DNA of 63,258 nt, counting the filler, from Octopus bimaculoides (taxonomy: Eukaryota), in assembly GCF_001194135.2 (NCBI RefSeq). It is 11 parts of 11 records of this genome, joined end to end, with 100 filler letters (N's around TTAATTAATTAA, not from the genome) between each part and the next. Parts side by side here need not be neighbours in the genome. Positions count along the whole stretch, not along the records: positions 1 to 11,355 come from NC_068982.1; positions 11,456 to 13,606 come from NW_026346382.1; positions 13,707 to 24,577 come from NC_068983.1; 8 more parts are not named here. The stretch is one strand, 5' to 3'. Both the position numbers and the translations under genes were made by a program. A model generated the notes under the pieces. The model did no database searches. It saw only the letters and a list, made by a program, of their open reading frames with translations, and was not told the DNA's origin. Below are positions 1 to 13,730 of the stretch, one piece after another; the stretch's first letter is position 1, and each line of letters opens with the position of its first letter.

Positions 1-1556
1 TATATATACATATATATATATATATGCATGTATATATATCCTTTCTTGTGAAAAGGAAAATGCTGAACTTAATGTGTAATACTCCGAATGCATAAGATTG
101 TTTTCATGAATTATTTTATATGTTTCTGGAAAAGTTGTGTAAAATGTAGAAGCAATCTATCCCAACGTCTTGTATGCGTATTATATGTTGTTTTGTGTTA
201 CAATTGCTCGTTATTTTAAAATGCATAGTGAATCATCTGAAGAATAACGTACTTTTATGGACAGTGTAATTTTTCACAAATATTAAGTCTGCAATAGAAT
301 TTATAGATCACATGACGCACGAAATTTGCATTGTTTTGTTAATTAGGGTTCAATTTATTTATGAATGGCTTAACTTTACCAATTTTAATTTAGTTCGAAG
401 ATCATAAAATATTGCAACACTCTGTCATCCTAATTTGCGTAACATGCAATTTCTCTACATTTTTACTTTACCGCCCATAGCTATAGATATCAGAGATTTA
501 GGTAAGAGAAGATATGTCTTAGAAGTCTATGTAGACACTGAAAAAAGATAGCCACATTGGTAAATGGAATTGGCTAAATATTTAAATGAAATCTGTTTTT
601 GGAAACAGCTCACAAAGAACTAATTTCCAATTCTATTTTCCTGAGGAATAGTAACTACAAAAACTTCTTGGGATAATTTTGCCTCATCTTAATGGTCGTA
701 GAAGAATTTTGCTGCTGCATCAGCTTGTTTAATTATCCTATAAATTTTTTCCATTCCTTCATAAATTACACATTACAAACAATATTTTGCAATGCATCCG
801 TAGAGACTTCAAATTAATATATTCGAAGTTAGGAGACCATATAGATTGATAGTTAAAATGAATAATTTCATCATTTTACATGATTTTTTAAAAATAACAT
901 CGCTTTTAATAGTTCAGACGTTTATAATGAATTCTAATATTATTAGACCAAGAGACATAAAAAGAAACTGATTGAATTATAAGTGGGTACATAATCGATT
1001 GCTGTATACTTGGATGTTATACTCATTCATGAAGTAGACTTGTATGCTATCTTTTATGTGCACTATAAACTTTTAAATTGGTTTCACAGAGAAACTTTGA
1101 TGTATCAACAGCTGCATGTGTCTATGCGTTGCTACATGGCATAAATGATACGTACTAATACGGATTTAGCTCGAATGAACACGTGAAAAGCGCAAACTGC
1201 CATCTTGAGTATTCAGTTTCATTTGTTAAAATATTTAGTAGTTGGTGTTATGCCAACATCTTAAGCAGCTCGATATATCGAAAAACGGAGTGTAGAATCA
1301 ACTGCTGAGGCATTTTATGGCTTATAGTTACTACGAAGATATTTTCTACCGTCTTTCCGATGAATATGTATGATATAGTACTTGCCTATTGATAAGGCTA
1401 CAGATAGCTGTGCGTGTGTATGCATGTGTGTGTGTATGTGCGAGATATATGTATGTATGTAAGCATATATAATATATACTATATATATATATGTATATAT
1501 ATATATACACACATACATATATACATATANNNNNNNNNNNNNNNNNNNNNNNNNNN

Positions 1557-1594
<38 letters not shown>

Positions 1595-1608
1595 GCATAT
1601 GCAGGTAT

Positions 1609-1910
1609 GTGAAAGCTCGTGGCTTAGTGCTTAAGGTGGTGCACTCGTGATTGTGAAATCGTGGGTTCGATTCCCAGATCGGGCGTTGTGTTGTATTCTT
1701 GCGCAAAGCACTTCATTTCACGTTGATCTACAATCATTTCGTCATTGGACATGAGGCACCCGTTGTACAGGTAATGTTATTTGAAGGATGGAGTGACCCT
1801 ATGTGTACGCAAATATTTGATCACTATTAACAAATCATCTGTGTGGTTCTTCGGTAAGAATTTGTCAAACTCCCATACGTCATCTGACGACGGGAGAGTC
1901 CGTCCTATGC
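1609..1910 (+). mobile_element. Degenerate tRNA-derived SINE with CORE-like body
   Basis: A box TGGCTTAGTGC at 1620-1630 and B box GGTTCGATTCC at 1664-1674. These are followed by CCCAGATCGGGCGTTGTG (also in the family-D head) and a GTATTCTTGCGCAAAGCACTT segment resembling the CORE-SINE core. The 3' boundary is approximate. Confidence 0.6.
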
Positions 1911-4766
1911 ATATTCAGGTATACACTCACAAGCAAATATGCACATATACGTATTAATGTATGTTTATTCATTACAGAGTAACAACAAGAGTGGCTCACT
2001 GAGCGTTTAGCTCAGGTTAATACGTAGTATTGACATCCTAATACTCTTATGTCTTGGCTCTGCTGAGCATCAGGCGGAACACTCCGAGGGGCATGCCATA
2101 CTGTGTGTGTTATATGGTATTCATTGTCTCTTGTGTTTCTAGGAATAACAGCGCTCATTGTAGGTCGGTCTCTGTGAGACAGGCCGTTTTTTCAGTGATG
2201 TTCCTCGCATCACAATATGTTAGGTTAGTGATGCTTGTATTCTACTTTTGCCGTTCTTCCTTACAGGAAAAATCGTTTTTAAAATGGCCCTTCGCTCTGG
2301 AGATATTTAACATGGTTTGCAACACTTATCGTACACTCTGGAGGTGTTTTCCTTATATAATACAGGGAGTAAGTGAATTAAATGTTTCTTTTGTTTGGAT
2401 GTGTGTGTATGTATGTGCATGCATGTATGTGTGTATGTGTGTGTGCACGCGTGTGTGTCTGTGTCTCTGTGTGTATGTATACAAACGCAAACACAGAAAT
2501 ATTCAGATTTACCCCCAGATTTTATGAATATACAGCTATATGTATGCATTTGTTTGCGTGTGTAATGTTTGTTTATACGTCGTGCAATATACAAGACACA
2601 AAAAGATTTACTTCCTATAAGGTCGGGTTTTCTGAATTGCCTCTATCTTTCTCAGACTTGTCATACAAAGTTTCAAGTGGGACATTCACGGCATTAAGCT
2701 TCTAAGCCTTCTTACAAAAGGATATAGACATTTGAGTTTCCTTGACGCCTTGCATGTAGGAGTATGTTTGTACTTTTTCCCATATAGCATGTTGACTTGC
2801 GCCCATGAATTTCGCAGTTTCACTTATGTTATATATGAAGTGGATGAATGATTTTATGGCTTGTTAGGTTTTATCCTCTTTGACATGATACTTAACTATA
2901 CTAGGTCAGCAACTGCGTTTAGAAACACGTTTCTTGAAACATCTCTCAATGTGTTGGAAGCGTAGAAATATTATGCTTTGTAATCTAAAATCAGTTTTGG
3001 GGCAATTACTCTTCTGCTGTTAAATAGAGTCGCAAGAATCAGCGATGATTAAAATAAAGCTGTTTAGAGTTATATTTAACATATCAACATGGGAAGATAT
3101 TCGCTGCAGTAACTTTCTCGGCTGAGAAATTCGTTTTACAGACATATCTATGAAAACACGCCAAGCTGGTCTACAATTGACGTCATCAGTAGGTACAACG
3201 CGTGTTTCTACGTCGTAACGCTTCATCAGCGTGTCAATGTATCCGTCGTTCAAAACCCTCTAAAAGTGTGTTTTGATATAATAAATTTCCTAGCGTATGC
3301 AAAGCTTTGTCAACCAGGTATGAATCAAATAAAAATACACTAAACAGCAGTGATTAAAATGAATCTGTGTAACTTTGTATTTAATATGTTCATGTCATGA
3401 GCAGAGCCATATTTGCTGTGGAACTTAGAATGTACATCCCCACACCATAGACAGTGTATGTGCAAACATGCCGATTTTATCAATGAATTCCAGCTTCAAA
3501 AATGTTTGAGAAAGCCAGAAAATATACCGGTATATATATATTATTTGCATTTCCGTACAAAAAATAGCAGTTATTAGTAGGCTGTAAATAGGGATTCTGC
3601 GTTAATCATAATAATGTACTCCGTTTATATTATTCATAGCTTGTTCGGTATGTTTTCACATATAGTCACTGTCAGGATTATTTCTCCCTTGAGACAATTA
3701 ACACAGCGATGGCCTTTTCACATGAAATTGTACACGAGCTTTTCGATATATATATATATATATAAGNNNNNNNNNNNNNNNNNNNNNNNNNNNNNNNNNN
3801 NNNNNNNNNNNNNNNNNNNTATATATATATATATATATGTATGTATACACAGTGAATAGTTGTTCTGTTGTATATTTTACCAAACTGTTTTTTTTTCTGC
3901 TCTCAATCTTCAATTTTGGGCCTGCCGTCTCGTTCCGTTCAAAAATTTTACTCCCGCATATGCTAGGGTAAATATTTTAAGAAGATTTGTCTTGCAATTA
4001 AGGGAGATCGCGCCAAAGCATTACGGTTCGTATTTTGGCTCGTATATGATTTGTATTATCAGATTGTATGTGAACACAGTGAGATTTTGTGCATTATTTT
4101 TGTATATGCTGATATGTGATATAACTGAAAATGAATTCCAACACAGTCTGCAGTATCATACTTAGACAGTCATCAATAAACTCTTTGAGTCACTTTCTCA
4201 ATTTCCACTCTGAAGTCGCTTCCAAAAACATTCATACATTTCATATTCTTGGAGACTCCGTCAACCTGTACATGTAACTGTATTTCTTTCCACGATTTAA
4301 TTATTTCTGAAATCATGTGATCGATGCTTTCCTCTGCGCAGAAATACAAAGCCCTCAAGTACAATTTTTGCTTCATGAATTAACTACTGATATTTGCTTT
4401 CCGATAAAGCAGTCCATGTAAAAGCAGTGTCATTTTCTTTTGCTCAATAGCATGTTTCCTTGGAAGAACATACTAAGGCCGATCTATTTGTTCGTAGACA
4501 AAGCATTAACTATATCTATGCGAAGTACTTTTACACAAGGCAAATCAGCTCTAGAGGTATTGTACGAGCATGTGAGAACTTTCTCTCTCTCAAAATGGTT
4601 TCTCTGCTGTTTGAAAGCGAAAAAAATAAAGCCAAAAAGGAATTAAACTTCATTGATTTTTTTGTGTCTCCCAACGAAGCTCTTTTATGCAAACAAAATC
4701 TGTAGATGAGGTCTCTTTCCCGCATATAAGAAAGTTCTCCCTATATATCACTTTTCTCTGATGCTA

Positions 4767-4836
4767 GAAGAAGAAGAAGAAGAAGAAGAAGAAGAAGAAG
4801 AAGAAGAAGAAGAAGAAGAAGAAGAAGAAGAAGAAG

Positions 4837-4907
<71 letters not shown>
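4767..4907 (+). repeat. Compound microsatellite (GAA)n(CAA)n
   Basis: Pure GAA run to 4838, then pure CAA run to 4907. Confidence 0.98.
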
Positions 4908-5301
4908 ATCTAACTTACGTAGAAGAAAAAAATATATAAACTAATTCAACATAAGTTCAATTGCTGAGTGCAGACGACTTCATAATGAGGACGATATAGT
5001 GCTATTCATGATTACCAACCACTTTAAGAACTTTATTTCATGGAAATGATTAAACAGAGAATTATATAAAAAGAAATGGATGCGTTTCACTGTTTAATGT
5101 AATTATAATTCTCAACATGCTTAAACTATAAAGCTACAAGCGATTCTCTCACCTTCAACAGCACAAGTCAATCACAAATTTACTCCATCTTAATCCAATT
5201 CACAATTCCAGCACTAACACACAATAGCAATAGCAAATCTTGATCACATTTATCAAATGCCTTGAAATGTGTTCGATTTATTATTATGATTGGTGTTGGT
5301 C

Positions 5302-5605
5302 TTATTATTATTTTCGTTTGGCTCAGTTTCCCTCTTATTCCTGGTAGAATTTATGTGGGTAGCAGATTACTACTTGTAACCTTAAGATATCAAGAAGTTT
5401 TCAGCAGCCTTTCAAGTGCTCAGATGCCTTGCTGATCCTAAAAGCAAACATTCTGTAGGATCTCTACCGGGCTTTCCGTTTCAATCACCTTCAGCCACTT
5501 GTCTATATATTGGCTTACTGTTACCAACACAATTATAATAAGCACCAGCTTTATTGTTCGCATGTTCCAAATTCTATGTATTTCAAATTCCAAATATCAA
5601 ATTTA
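5302..5605 (-). mobile_element. 3' end of an RLE-type non-LTR retrotransposon (R4/Dong- or NeSL-like), 5'-truncated
   Basis: Minus-strand translation of ~5400-5596 with one frameshift: YLEFEIHRIWNMRTIKLVLIIIVLVTVSQYIDKWLKVIETESPVEILQNVC(L)LGSARHL. This fits the EI.R.W...IVIGALG...WL...LQK..LLG.AR.L C-terminus of restriction-like-endonuclease LINEs. TAA repeats border both ends. Confidence 0.65.
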
Positions 5606-5668
<63 letters not shown>

Positions 5669-6225
5669 GAGTGAGAGAGCAGTGCATGCCATCAAAGTGA
5701 CACTGGGGTAAAATATACTACGCCCAGTATACCCATCATGACTACCCGTCTGATAAGGGTACACCAGGCACATGCATCACAACCATATGTGCACGAAATG
5801 GTGATCTCATATCAAGATAAACAGTGCATGACATCGCTGGTGGGGCCCAGTTAGAATTTCCTTCAGGTCGAGTAGCCCATCCCGTTCAAAAGGTCCCTGA
5901 ATAAGGTTTGTTTAAGGATGTTGAACACAATACCCATGTTTACAAAGGTGAATTATTCAAACCCCAAAGTATTCCTCTCAACACATAACTATGCTGCTCC
6001 CCCACTACTTTTGCTTGTGATCAGAGATGCACATATCGTCAGCCACCAAAGGACATGCTCAACTGGTTTAGATCAAACAACTGACAAGCAAATCTGTGGT
6101 ACTGAGCAGAATATTTGCTGTAGCCCATCTTTTTATACCAAGACAAAAGAATGTACATGATAATACTTCCAATCAATTAAGATCAGAAGCCATGAGAACC
6201 ACTGCCTCCGGGCATTTATTACTAT
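5669..6225 (-). mobile_element. ~560-bp complex-sequence dispersed repeat, probably a non-autonomous retroposon, embedded in (TAA)n
   Basis: Non-coding block of higher GC content bounded by (TTA)n at 5606-5668 and ~6226-6271. On the minus strand it ends CTCTCTCACTC-(AAT)n. That it is repeated genome-wide is recalled, not shown in this window. Confidence 0.45.
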
Positions 6226-6228
6226 TAC

Positions 6229-6273
<45 letters not shown>

Positions 6274-6695
6274 CACTCAACAGATTAGACTGTTGGGAAA
6301 AAAACCGGTCAAACTAAAGGGTTTGAGCCGGTGGAAAATAAAAAAAATAAAATATTCTAATNNNNNNNNNNNNNNNNNNNNNNNNNNNNNNNNNNNNNNN
6401 NNNNNNNNNNNNNNNNNNNNNNNNNNNNNNNNNNNNNNNNNNNNNNNNNNNNNNNNNNNNNNNNNNNNNNNNNNNNNNNNNNNNNNNNNNNNNNNNNNNN
6501 NNNNNNNNNNNNNNNNNNNNNNNNNNNNNNNNNNNNNNNNNNNNNNNNNNNNNNNNNNNNNNNNNNNNNNNNNNNNNNNNNNNNNNNNNNNNNNNNNNNN
6601 NNNNNNNNNNNNNNNNNNNNNNNNNNNNNNNNNNNNNNNNNNNNNNNNNNNNNNNNNNNNNNNNNNNNNNNNNNNNNNNNNNNNNNNNNNNNNNN

Positions 6696-7384
6696 GGCTG
6701 CAGACCTCCGTATGTATCCTAGCTATCCCAAATAACAGCCACAGAACGGAGGCCGTGGCATGCCGTGGTTGCTAATGTGCAAACATCCGCTCAGGCTACG
6801 ACATCTCAAGCGTTTCCTGAACGGTGAGCAGGTATGGTCGCCGTTCGTCAGAAGCGATTTTCCGCAGCTCGTTTCTTTAACAGAGCTGCAATCCTGGATC
6901 AAACGTAGACCGAGAAAGGGCGCTTGGCACCTCGAATGGCGCCAAGCCCTCACCGCCCTCAGTCAGGCGGGCAGTGCGATCCGTAGTAGCTCCACTCTAG
7001 CGTTCTATAGAGGGTTAGTGGAGGAAAAGTGCGACGACGTTCTCAGGGAAACTCTAGTTCGGGAGAACTTTCGGGCCTGGGCTCATGGATAATTTCCAAA
7101 GGTCCCTCGCCTGGCAGTGCTACCGAGGTGCGCTACCTGTTCGAGATAAACTCTACCGGCACGGAAGTGCCGTCAACAGGGCCTGCCCGAGGTGCGCTCA
7201 GGACGACGAAACCGTTCTGCACGCACTCGTCAAGTGTCCGAATATTGCTGACCTGTGGGTTTATATCGAACAGCTACTGTCACGTGTAAGACGGATCCGG
7301 CTATCAGCTGAATCCAACGTGAGGATTGACCCACCGACCTCCTTTAACCGGGAGGGCAAGGCAATTTTCATATGCCTAGTGGCT
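6696..7384 (+). mobile_element. Tx1/L1-clade LINE ORF2 C-terminal fragment, frameshifted and cut by gaps on both sides
   Basis: NGG(R)GMPWL post-RT motif at ~6750. A frameshift near 7070 joins to GPGLMDNFQRSLAWQCYRGALPVRDKL, then the zf-RVT knuckle CPRCAQDDETVLHALVKC (C-x2-C-x8-H-x4-C). The block is rich in GC and CpG. Confidence 0.85.
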
Positions 7385-8215
7385 NNNNNNNNNNNNNNNN
7401 NNNNNNNNNNNNNNNNNNNNNNNNNNNNNNNNNNNNNNNNNNNNNNNNNNNNNNNNNNNNNNNNNNNNNNNNNNNNNNNNNNNNNNNNNNNNNNNNNNNN
7501 NNNNNNNNNNNNNNNNNNNNNNNNNNNNNNNNNNNNNNNNNNNNNNNNNNNNNNNNNNNNNNNNNNNNNNNNNNNNNNNNNNNNNNNNNNNNNNNNNNNN
7601 NNNNNNNNNNNNNNNNNNNNNNNNNNNNNNNNNNNNNNNNNNNNNNNNNNNNNNNNNNNNNNNNNNNNNNNNNNNNNNNNNNNNNNNNNNNNNNNNNNNN
7701 NNNNNNNNNNNNNNNNNNNNNNNNNNNNNNNNNNNNNNNNNNNNNNNNNNNNNNNNNNNNNNNNNNNNNNNNNNNNNNNNNNNNNNNNNNNNNNNNNNNN
7801 NNNNNNNNNNNNNNNNNNNNNNNNNNNNNNNNNNNNNNNNNNNNNNNNNNNNNNNNNNNNNNNNNNNNNNNNNNNNNNNNNNNNNNNNNNNNNNNNNNNN
7901 NNNNNNNNNNNNNNNNNNNNNNNNNNNNNNNNNNNNNNNNNNNNNNNNNNNNNNNNNNNNNNNNNNNNNNNNNNNNNNNNNNNNNNNNNNNNNNNNNNNN
8001 NNNNNNNNNNNNNNNNNNNNNNNNNNNNNNNNNNNNNNNNNNNNNNNNNNNNNNNNNNNNNNNNNNNNNNNNNNNNNNNNNNNNNNNNNNNNNNNNNNNN
8101 NNNNNNNNNNNNNNNNNNNNNNNNNNNNNNNNNNNNNNNNNNNNNNNNNNNNNNNNNNNNNNNNNNNNNNNNNNNNNNNNNNNNNNNNNNNNNNNNNNNN
8201 NNNNNNNNNNNNNNN

Positions 8216-8264
<49 letters not shown>

Positions 8265-8265
8265 A

Positions 8266-8457
8266 GGCGGCGAGCCTGTAGAAAAGTTAGCAGTATTTCG
8301 TCTGTCTTTACGTTCTGGGATCAAATTCCGCCGAGGTCGACTTTGCCTTTCATCCTTTCGGGAACGATAAATTAAGTACCAGTTGCGTATCGAGGTCGAT
8401 CTATTCGACTGGCCCCCTCCCCCAAAATTTCCGGATTTGTGCCTAGAGTAGAAAATA
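8266..8457 (+). mobile_element. SINE family A (GGCGGCGAGCTGG head; GAGGTCGACTTTGCCTTTCATCCTTTCGGGG core)
   Basis: The same head and core recur more than ten times in this window. This copy has an internal deletion in the head and tail type 1 (TTGTGCCTAGAGTAGAAAA). Confidence 0.85.
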
Positions 8458-8503
8458 TTATAATCACTATTATTGTTGGTCTTGTTGTTCTTGTTGTTCT
8501 TGT

Positions 8504-8558
<55 letters not shown>

Positions 8559-11190
8559 TGTAGTAGTAGTTGTAGTAGTAGTAGTAGTTGTTGTTGTTGT
8601 TGTTGTTGTATTTGAATTTTCATGAATAATTGTTTTATAACTGTTTTAAATTTTAAAACTGGCAATTGAAAAAGGATAGTTATTTTCTTAGATACACTAT
8701 AGAGAATATTTGTGTAACACCGCAAAAGTAGCTTCTAATCAACATAAAACACGCAGATGGATTTAGAATTACAAATTGCTATCTTGCTGAGCGTGTATCA
8801 CAACTTAATAAAAATATGTGCCCTGTACAGTAAATGTTGTGATTTGTGTGTATCATTCTCTTAGACCATCGTTGTATTTGGATTCCTGTCACTGTTAGAT
8901 GTCCAGAAAAAATAAAATCTAATATTATGTGATTATTTATCTGTAAAATTCCAATCCTCTTATGCAGATTAAGATCATCTACTTGGAAAATAGATATCAT
9001 CTTTCTTTTTTCTTTGTAATAAAACTCTAAAGAAAATCATATGTTTAGTTACAAATACGAGAAAACATTTTTCTTAATACAATAAACATTTGTTTTCCTC
9101 ATTACAAACAACGTTCTGTTTAAACAATTTCACAAGGATTGCCTGAAACCTACGTCATATTTGCAATGTAAATATGAACGGAAAGTAATTTTCCTCCGTA
9201 TGTAGTAGGTGATTATATTTCCATCTTTACACATAATAGTTCAATTATGAGACCCCCAAAAGAAGATATAAATGTTTTGTGTTGAAATCTCAATATTTTC
9301 CATGAAAAAAGAAAAAAAAATACACTGAGAAGTAGATTTCATAGCACGAATCCAATGAACTCCCAATCGCGTAATGCAAAGTGTGCCAATAATATTATAT
9401 TCAAAAGCATTCAAGAATTATTAATTCGTTTGTTCTGTTCATCGTATTAATGAACTAACATTGTTCTCCACATTATCTAAAATAATGGCACTAATTCCCT
9501 GATATTGAATCAAAATAACAAATCGATAAGTTTTTAATGAATAGCTCCCAATAAACTAAGAAAATATTCTATGTTATAATTGCATAGTTTTTCTGGGGCC
9601 TTATTTATTCGCATTTTGATAACTGTGCAGTATTGGTTTATTGAATTATGTTAAAAAGTATTGAATATCTACTGAACTGCATGAGTAGGGCAAATGAAAT
9701 ATGTGAAGAAACACACATATATACCATATGAAAAATAGACATACAGACAAACATTACACAGAGGCATATGCATATGGGTATATACACGTATACACAGATA
9801 CTATGTCACACACACACACATACACACGCACAAACATATATGTTATTTATTTAAAAGGGCACAAAACACATGACTTTAGATGGTACTAATCGATAAAATT
9901 TTAAAGAATAACTCCCAACAAAGTAAGGAAAAACTGCATGGCATAATTGCATACTATTTCTGAAGCCGTACATTTTGTGCTGAATTTTCTTATCACGGAA
10001 CAGTACTTTATATATATATATATATATATATATNNNNNNNNNNNNNNNNNNNNNNNNNNNNNNNNNNNNNNNNNNNNNNNNNNNNNNNNNNNNNNNNNNN
10101 NNNNNNNNNNNNNNNNNNNNNNNNNNNNNNNNNNNATATATATAAACAAACACATGCGCGCGCATGTGTGTAGGTTTATGTCAATGTGCTATTGTTTGTG
10201 AATCTAAAGAAATGAAAAGCAATTTGTGTTGACGTGTTATATTAGCACGTGCAAGGCGCTATCATTCGCCTCCAGTGAAGCGTCGTTAAGAAAAAAACAC
10301 TATACACTACACCCATCCTCTGCAACGTAGCCAGTATCTAGAGAAAAACAAATTTCCAGTGGTTAAAAACCACAGCCACCCCATGGGCACAGGAAATTGT
10401 AACTTATCTTTTATAAGTTACAAAATGCACGTCAAGTCCCTAACAACTATTTGAAATGAACACCTTTGGAAATGATGCTACAAGTTCATAGTAAATAATG
10501 TTTTTCATGGCTTTCTGTTATGTATAAATGGGCTCATGGTTATATCAGTGATCGTCTACACAAGCTGTGTATCACTTACTATATTGTGGTGATGGATTAA
10601 CAGTAAAACAAACTATTTAGTCTGTGGGTGTATATTTCAATAGTATGTTGCCTGGTGATAAGTTCAGAATCTTTATATAATGGACTCATTTGGAAATATT
10701 TCGTCAATTGTGAACATCTTATACCCAGAGAATGCTTATTGTGATTCCAATCTAGCTGACGTTACACTCTATTCGAGGGGGAGTTCGGTCTTCAAAGCTA
10801 TTTTTAGTGAATGCCATGATCGAGTTTTGCAGTTGATATGGATAGAGATACGTGGTATGTGCAGACAGAAGGATAAAACATGTGATATTTCCTTAAATTT
10901 ATGATGAGTGCGGGCGTTTGTGTGCAGATAAGGCGAAAACGTCTTTAAGAACATATGAACTTCTGCTTTCGTTTTCAAATTTCTCACCAATATAGAAATA
11001 GTCGTTCATTAACATAGAAACAAATGTTAATCATTAGATTTTAAGCATCAGCTGTGTTCCTACGCATGTATGCACACATAGACGCAATTATGTATGCATC
11101 TATGCTTGTGTATGTATGTATATTTATATATATGTAAACCAAAACAAAAAAAAGAATAGATGACAACAAAACATCCGGACGATATGTATA

Positions 11191-11297
11191 TTATTTACAT
11201 TATTTACATTTGACGGATATTTGTCCTCATCTTGTGTGTTGTTAACACAACGTTTCGGCTGATATACCCTCCAGCATTCATCAGGTGTCTTGGAGAA
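11191..11297 (-). mobile_element. Hammerhead-SINE family, 5'-truncated copy (no tRNA head)
   Basis: Near-identical to 20440-20540. Hammerhead skeleton at 11244-11289 with intact CTGATGA and GAAA, but a U.C mismatch at the base of stem II. Confidence 0.85.
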
Positions 11298-11355
11298 AAA
11301 AATATGTGTAGTGGTCAGTTCAATAAATGTTACATATATGTATATATATATATAT

Positions 11356-11455
11356 NNNNNNNNNNNNNNNNNNNNNNNNNNNNNNNNNNNNNNNNNNNNT
11401 TAATTAATTAANNNNNNNNNNNNNNNNNNNNNNNNNNNNNNNNNNNNNNNNNNNN
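11356..11455. other. Artificial 100-bp assembly spacer (44N-TTAATTAATTAA-44N), first of ten
   Basis: The identical 12-mer, which has stops in all six frames, sits inside N runs at 11400, 13651, 24622, 28340, 31076, 33350, 51985, 53206, 59798 and 62079. I counted the 44-N flanks at the first two. Confidence 0.97.
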
Positions 11456-13175
11456 GTGTATGTATGTATGTATGTATTCGTGTATATATATATATGTATG
11501 TATGTGTGTATATATATATGAATCCTGTCCGCCTTTGTATCGTCTATCTGTTCGAATGTTTTATTGTCCTCTAGTGAGTTTTTGTTCCATTTTTTTATAT
11601 CTATATATAGATATAGCGGCGTACGTACACACTTGTTATTACATTGTAGTAGATATGCATCTAAATTTTGTACGACTCCTTTACTCTATCTTTTAGTCCG
11701 CCTCATCCTTTCTTCCTCTTTTCTTTTTCTCGCTCCCCCTCTCTTTCTCACATTTCTTACCCCCCTCCCCTCTTTCTTTACCTCGTATTTCCTTCCTCGT
11801 TTATCTCCTCTGTACCTTTCCCTTTGTCTGATTTTTTCTAATCCTTCAATCCCGCTGCCCCAACCCCCTCTGTCTTCCTTCCACGTGACCGGTATCAAGC
11901 TAGTCATGATCTTTCTTTCTTGGCCTGACCGCCGACCATCGACACCTCTTACGTCCATCTCCTATGTTCCTGCCTTTAGGCTTTCACTTCACACGCGCCA
12001 ACTCAATTTGCTTCGTTCTCAGTCGAAAGACACCCGTTATTATATTCTTGTTGTTCGTATTTGTAATTGTGTACCATATTCTCAGTTGATTAATTTTTTT
12101 TTTTGTCTTTGTTGTCGTACACATTCGCTAAATTTCTTACAAAAATATCTAATGCGCTTAGTTTAAATTTTTTGGGAGCAACCAGATCGAACTGTCGCAA
12201 ATGCAACTGCTCGAAACAGCAAGGATTTCTGGTAAATTGACTGAGGAAAGAAGGCAACGAATGACCCGTCTTTTTTGGCCTGTCCACCTTTGTATCGTCT
12301 ATCTGTCCGAATGTATATATATGTATATATGTATATATATATATATACATACATATATATATATATANNNNNNNNNNNNNNNNNNNNNNNNNNNNNNNNN
12401 NNNNNNNNNNNNNNNNNNNNNNNNNNNNNNNNNNNNNNNNNNNNNNNNNNNNNNNNNNNNNNNNNNNNNNNNNNNNNNNNNNNNNNNNNNNNNNNNNNNN
12501 NNNNNNNNNNNNNNNNNNNNNNNNNNNNNNNNNNNNNNNNNNNNNNNNNNNNNNNNNNNNNNNNNNNNNNNNNNNNNNNNNNNNNNNNNNNNNNNNNNNN
12601 NNNNNNNNNNNNNNNNNNNNNNNNNNNNNNNNNNNNNNNNNNNNNNNNNNNNNNNNNNNNNNNNNNNNNNNNNNNNNNNNNNNNNNNNNNNNNNNNNNNN
12701 NNNNNNNNNNNNNNNNNNNNNNNNNNNNNNNNNNNNNNNNNNNNNNNNNNNNNNNNNNNNNNNNNNNNNNNNNNNNNNNNNNNNNNNNNNNNNNNNNNNN
12801 NNNNNNNNNNNNNNNNNNNNNNNNNNNNNNNNNNNNNNNNNNNNNNNNNNNNNNNNNNNNNNNNNNNNNNNNNNNNNNNNNNNNNNNNNNNNNNNNNNNN
12901 NNNNNNNNNNNNNNNNNNNNNNNNNNNNNNNNNNNNNNNNNNNNNNNNNNNNNNNNNNNNNNNNNNNNNNNNNNNNNNNNNNNNNNNNNNNNNNNNNNNN
13001 NNNNNNNNNNNNNNNNNNNNNNNNNNNNNNNNNNNNNNNNNNNNNNNNNNNNNNNNNNNNNNNNNNNNNNNNNNNNNNNNNNNNNNCATTACCTTAAATG
13101 CAATATGAAGAGCAATCTTCAGCTGCACGAAAATGCAGAAAAAAGACATATTATAAATGTGGCAACATATCAAAT

Positions 13176-13252
<77 letters not shown>

Positions 13253-13419
13253 CTCGAGCCGACAAAAACCTTGTGAGAGGATTTGGTATACAGAAACTAA
13301 AAGGGTTTAGGCATGCTCCAGCGTGGCCACAGCTAAATGACTGAAGTAAACGATAAAGGATATATTATAAATATACATACATGTGTGTGTACGTATGTAT
13401 ATGTGTATTTGTATATATA

Positions 13420-13451
<32 letters not shown>

Positions 13452-13730
13452 AATATATATACATATATATATATACATAGACATACATATATATACATAT
13501 ATATACATACATATACATAAATATACTCACATATATATATATATGCATATACAAACATATATATATATACATATAGTTTTAGGGAAAATAACCAAGTTTC
13601 AAGAACNNNNNNNNNNNNNNNNNNNNNNNNNNNNNNNNNNNNNNNNNNNNTTAATTAATTAANNNNNNNNNNNNNNNNNNNNNNNNNNNNNNNNNNNNNN
13701 NNNNNNGTTCAAAGGTGGTGGTAGTGGCAG

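Noticed and set aside
1870-1905. CTGACGA at 1884-1890 inside a small hairpin, as a hammerhead
   Set aside because: No GAAA follows the putative stem II.
3860-4725. Cluster of 64-101 aa ORFs, including ESIDHMISEIIKSWKEI
   Set aside because: No recognisable domain or consistent splice sites, and the lengths are compatible with chance.
10574-10990. ORFs at 10680-10990 and a minus-strand GTAAGT donor at 10574-10579
   Set aside because: No open frame links an acceptor to the donor, and I do not recognise the peptides.
11400-11411. TTAATTAATTAA as a biological homeodomain site or repeat
   Set aside because: It is always centred in a 100-bp N block, so it is an assembly linker.
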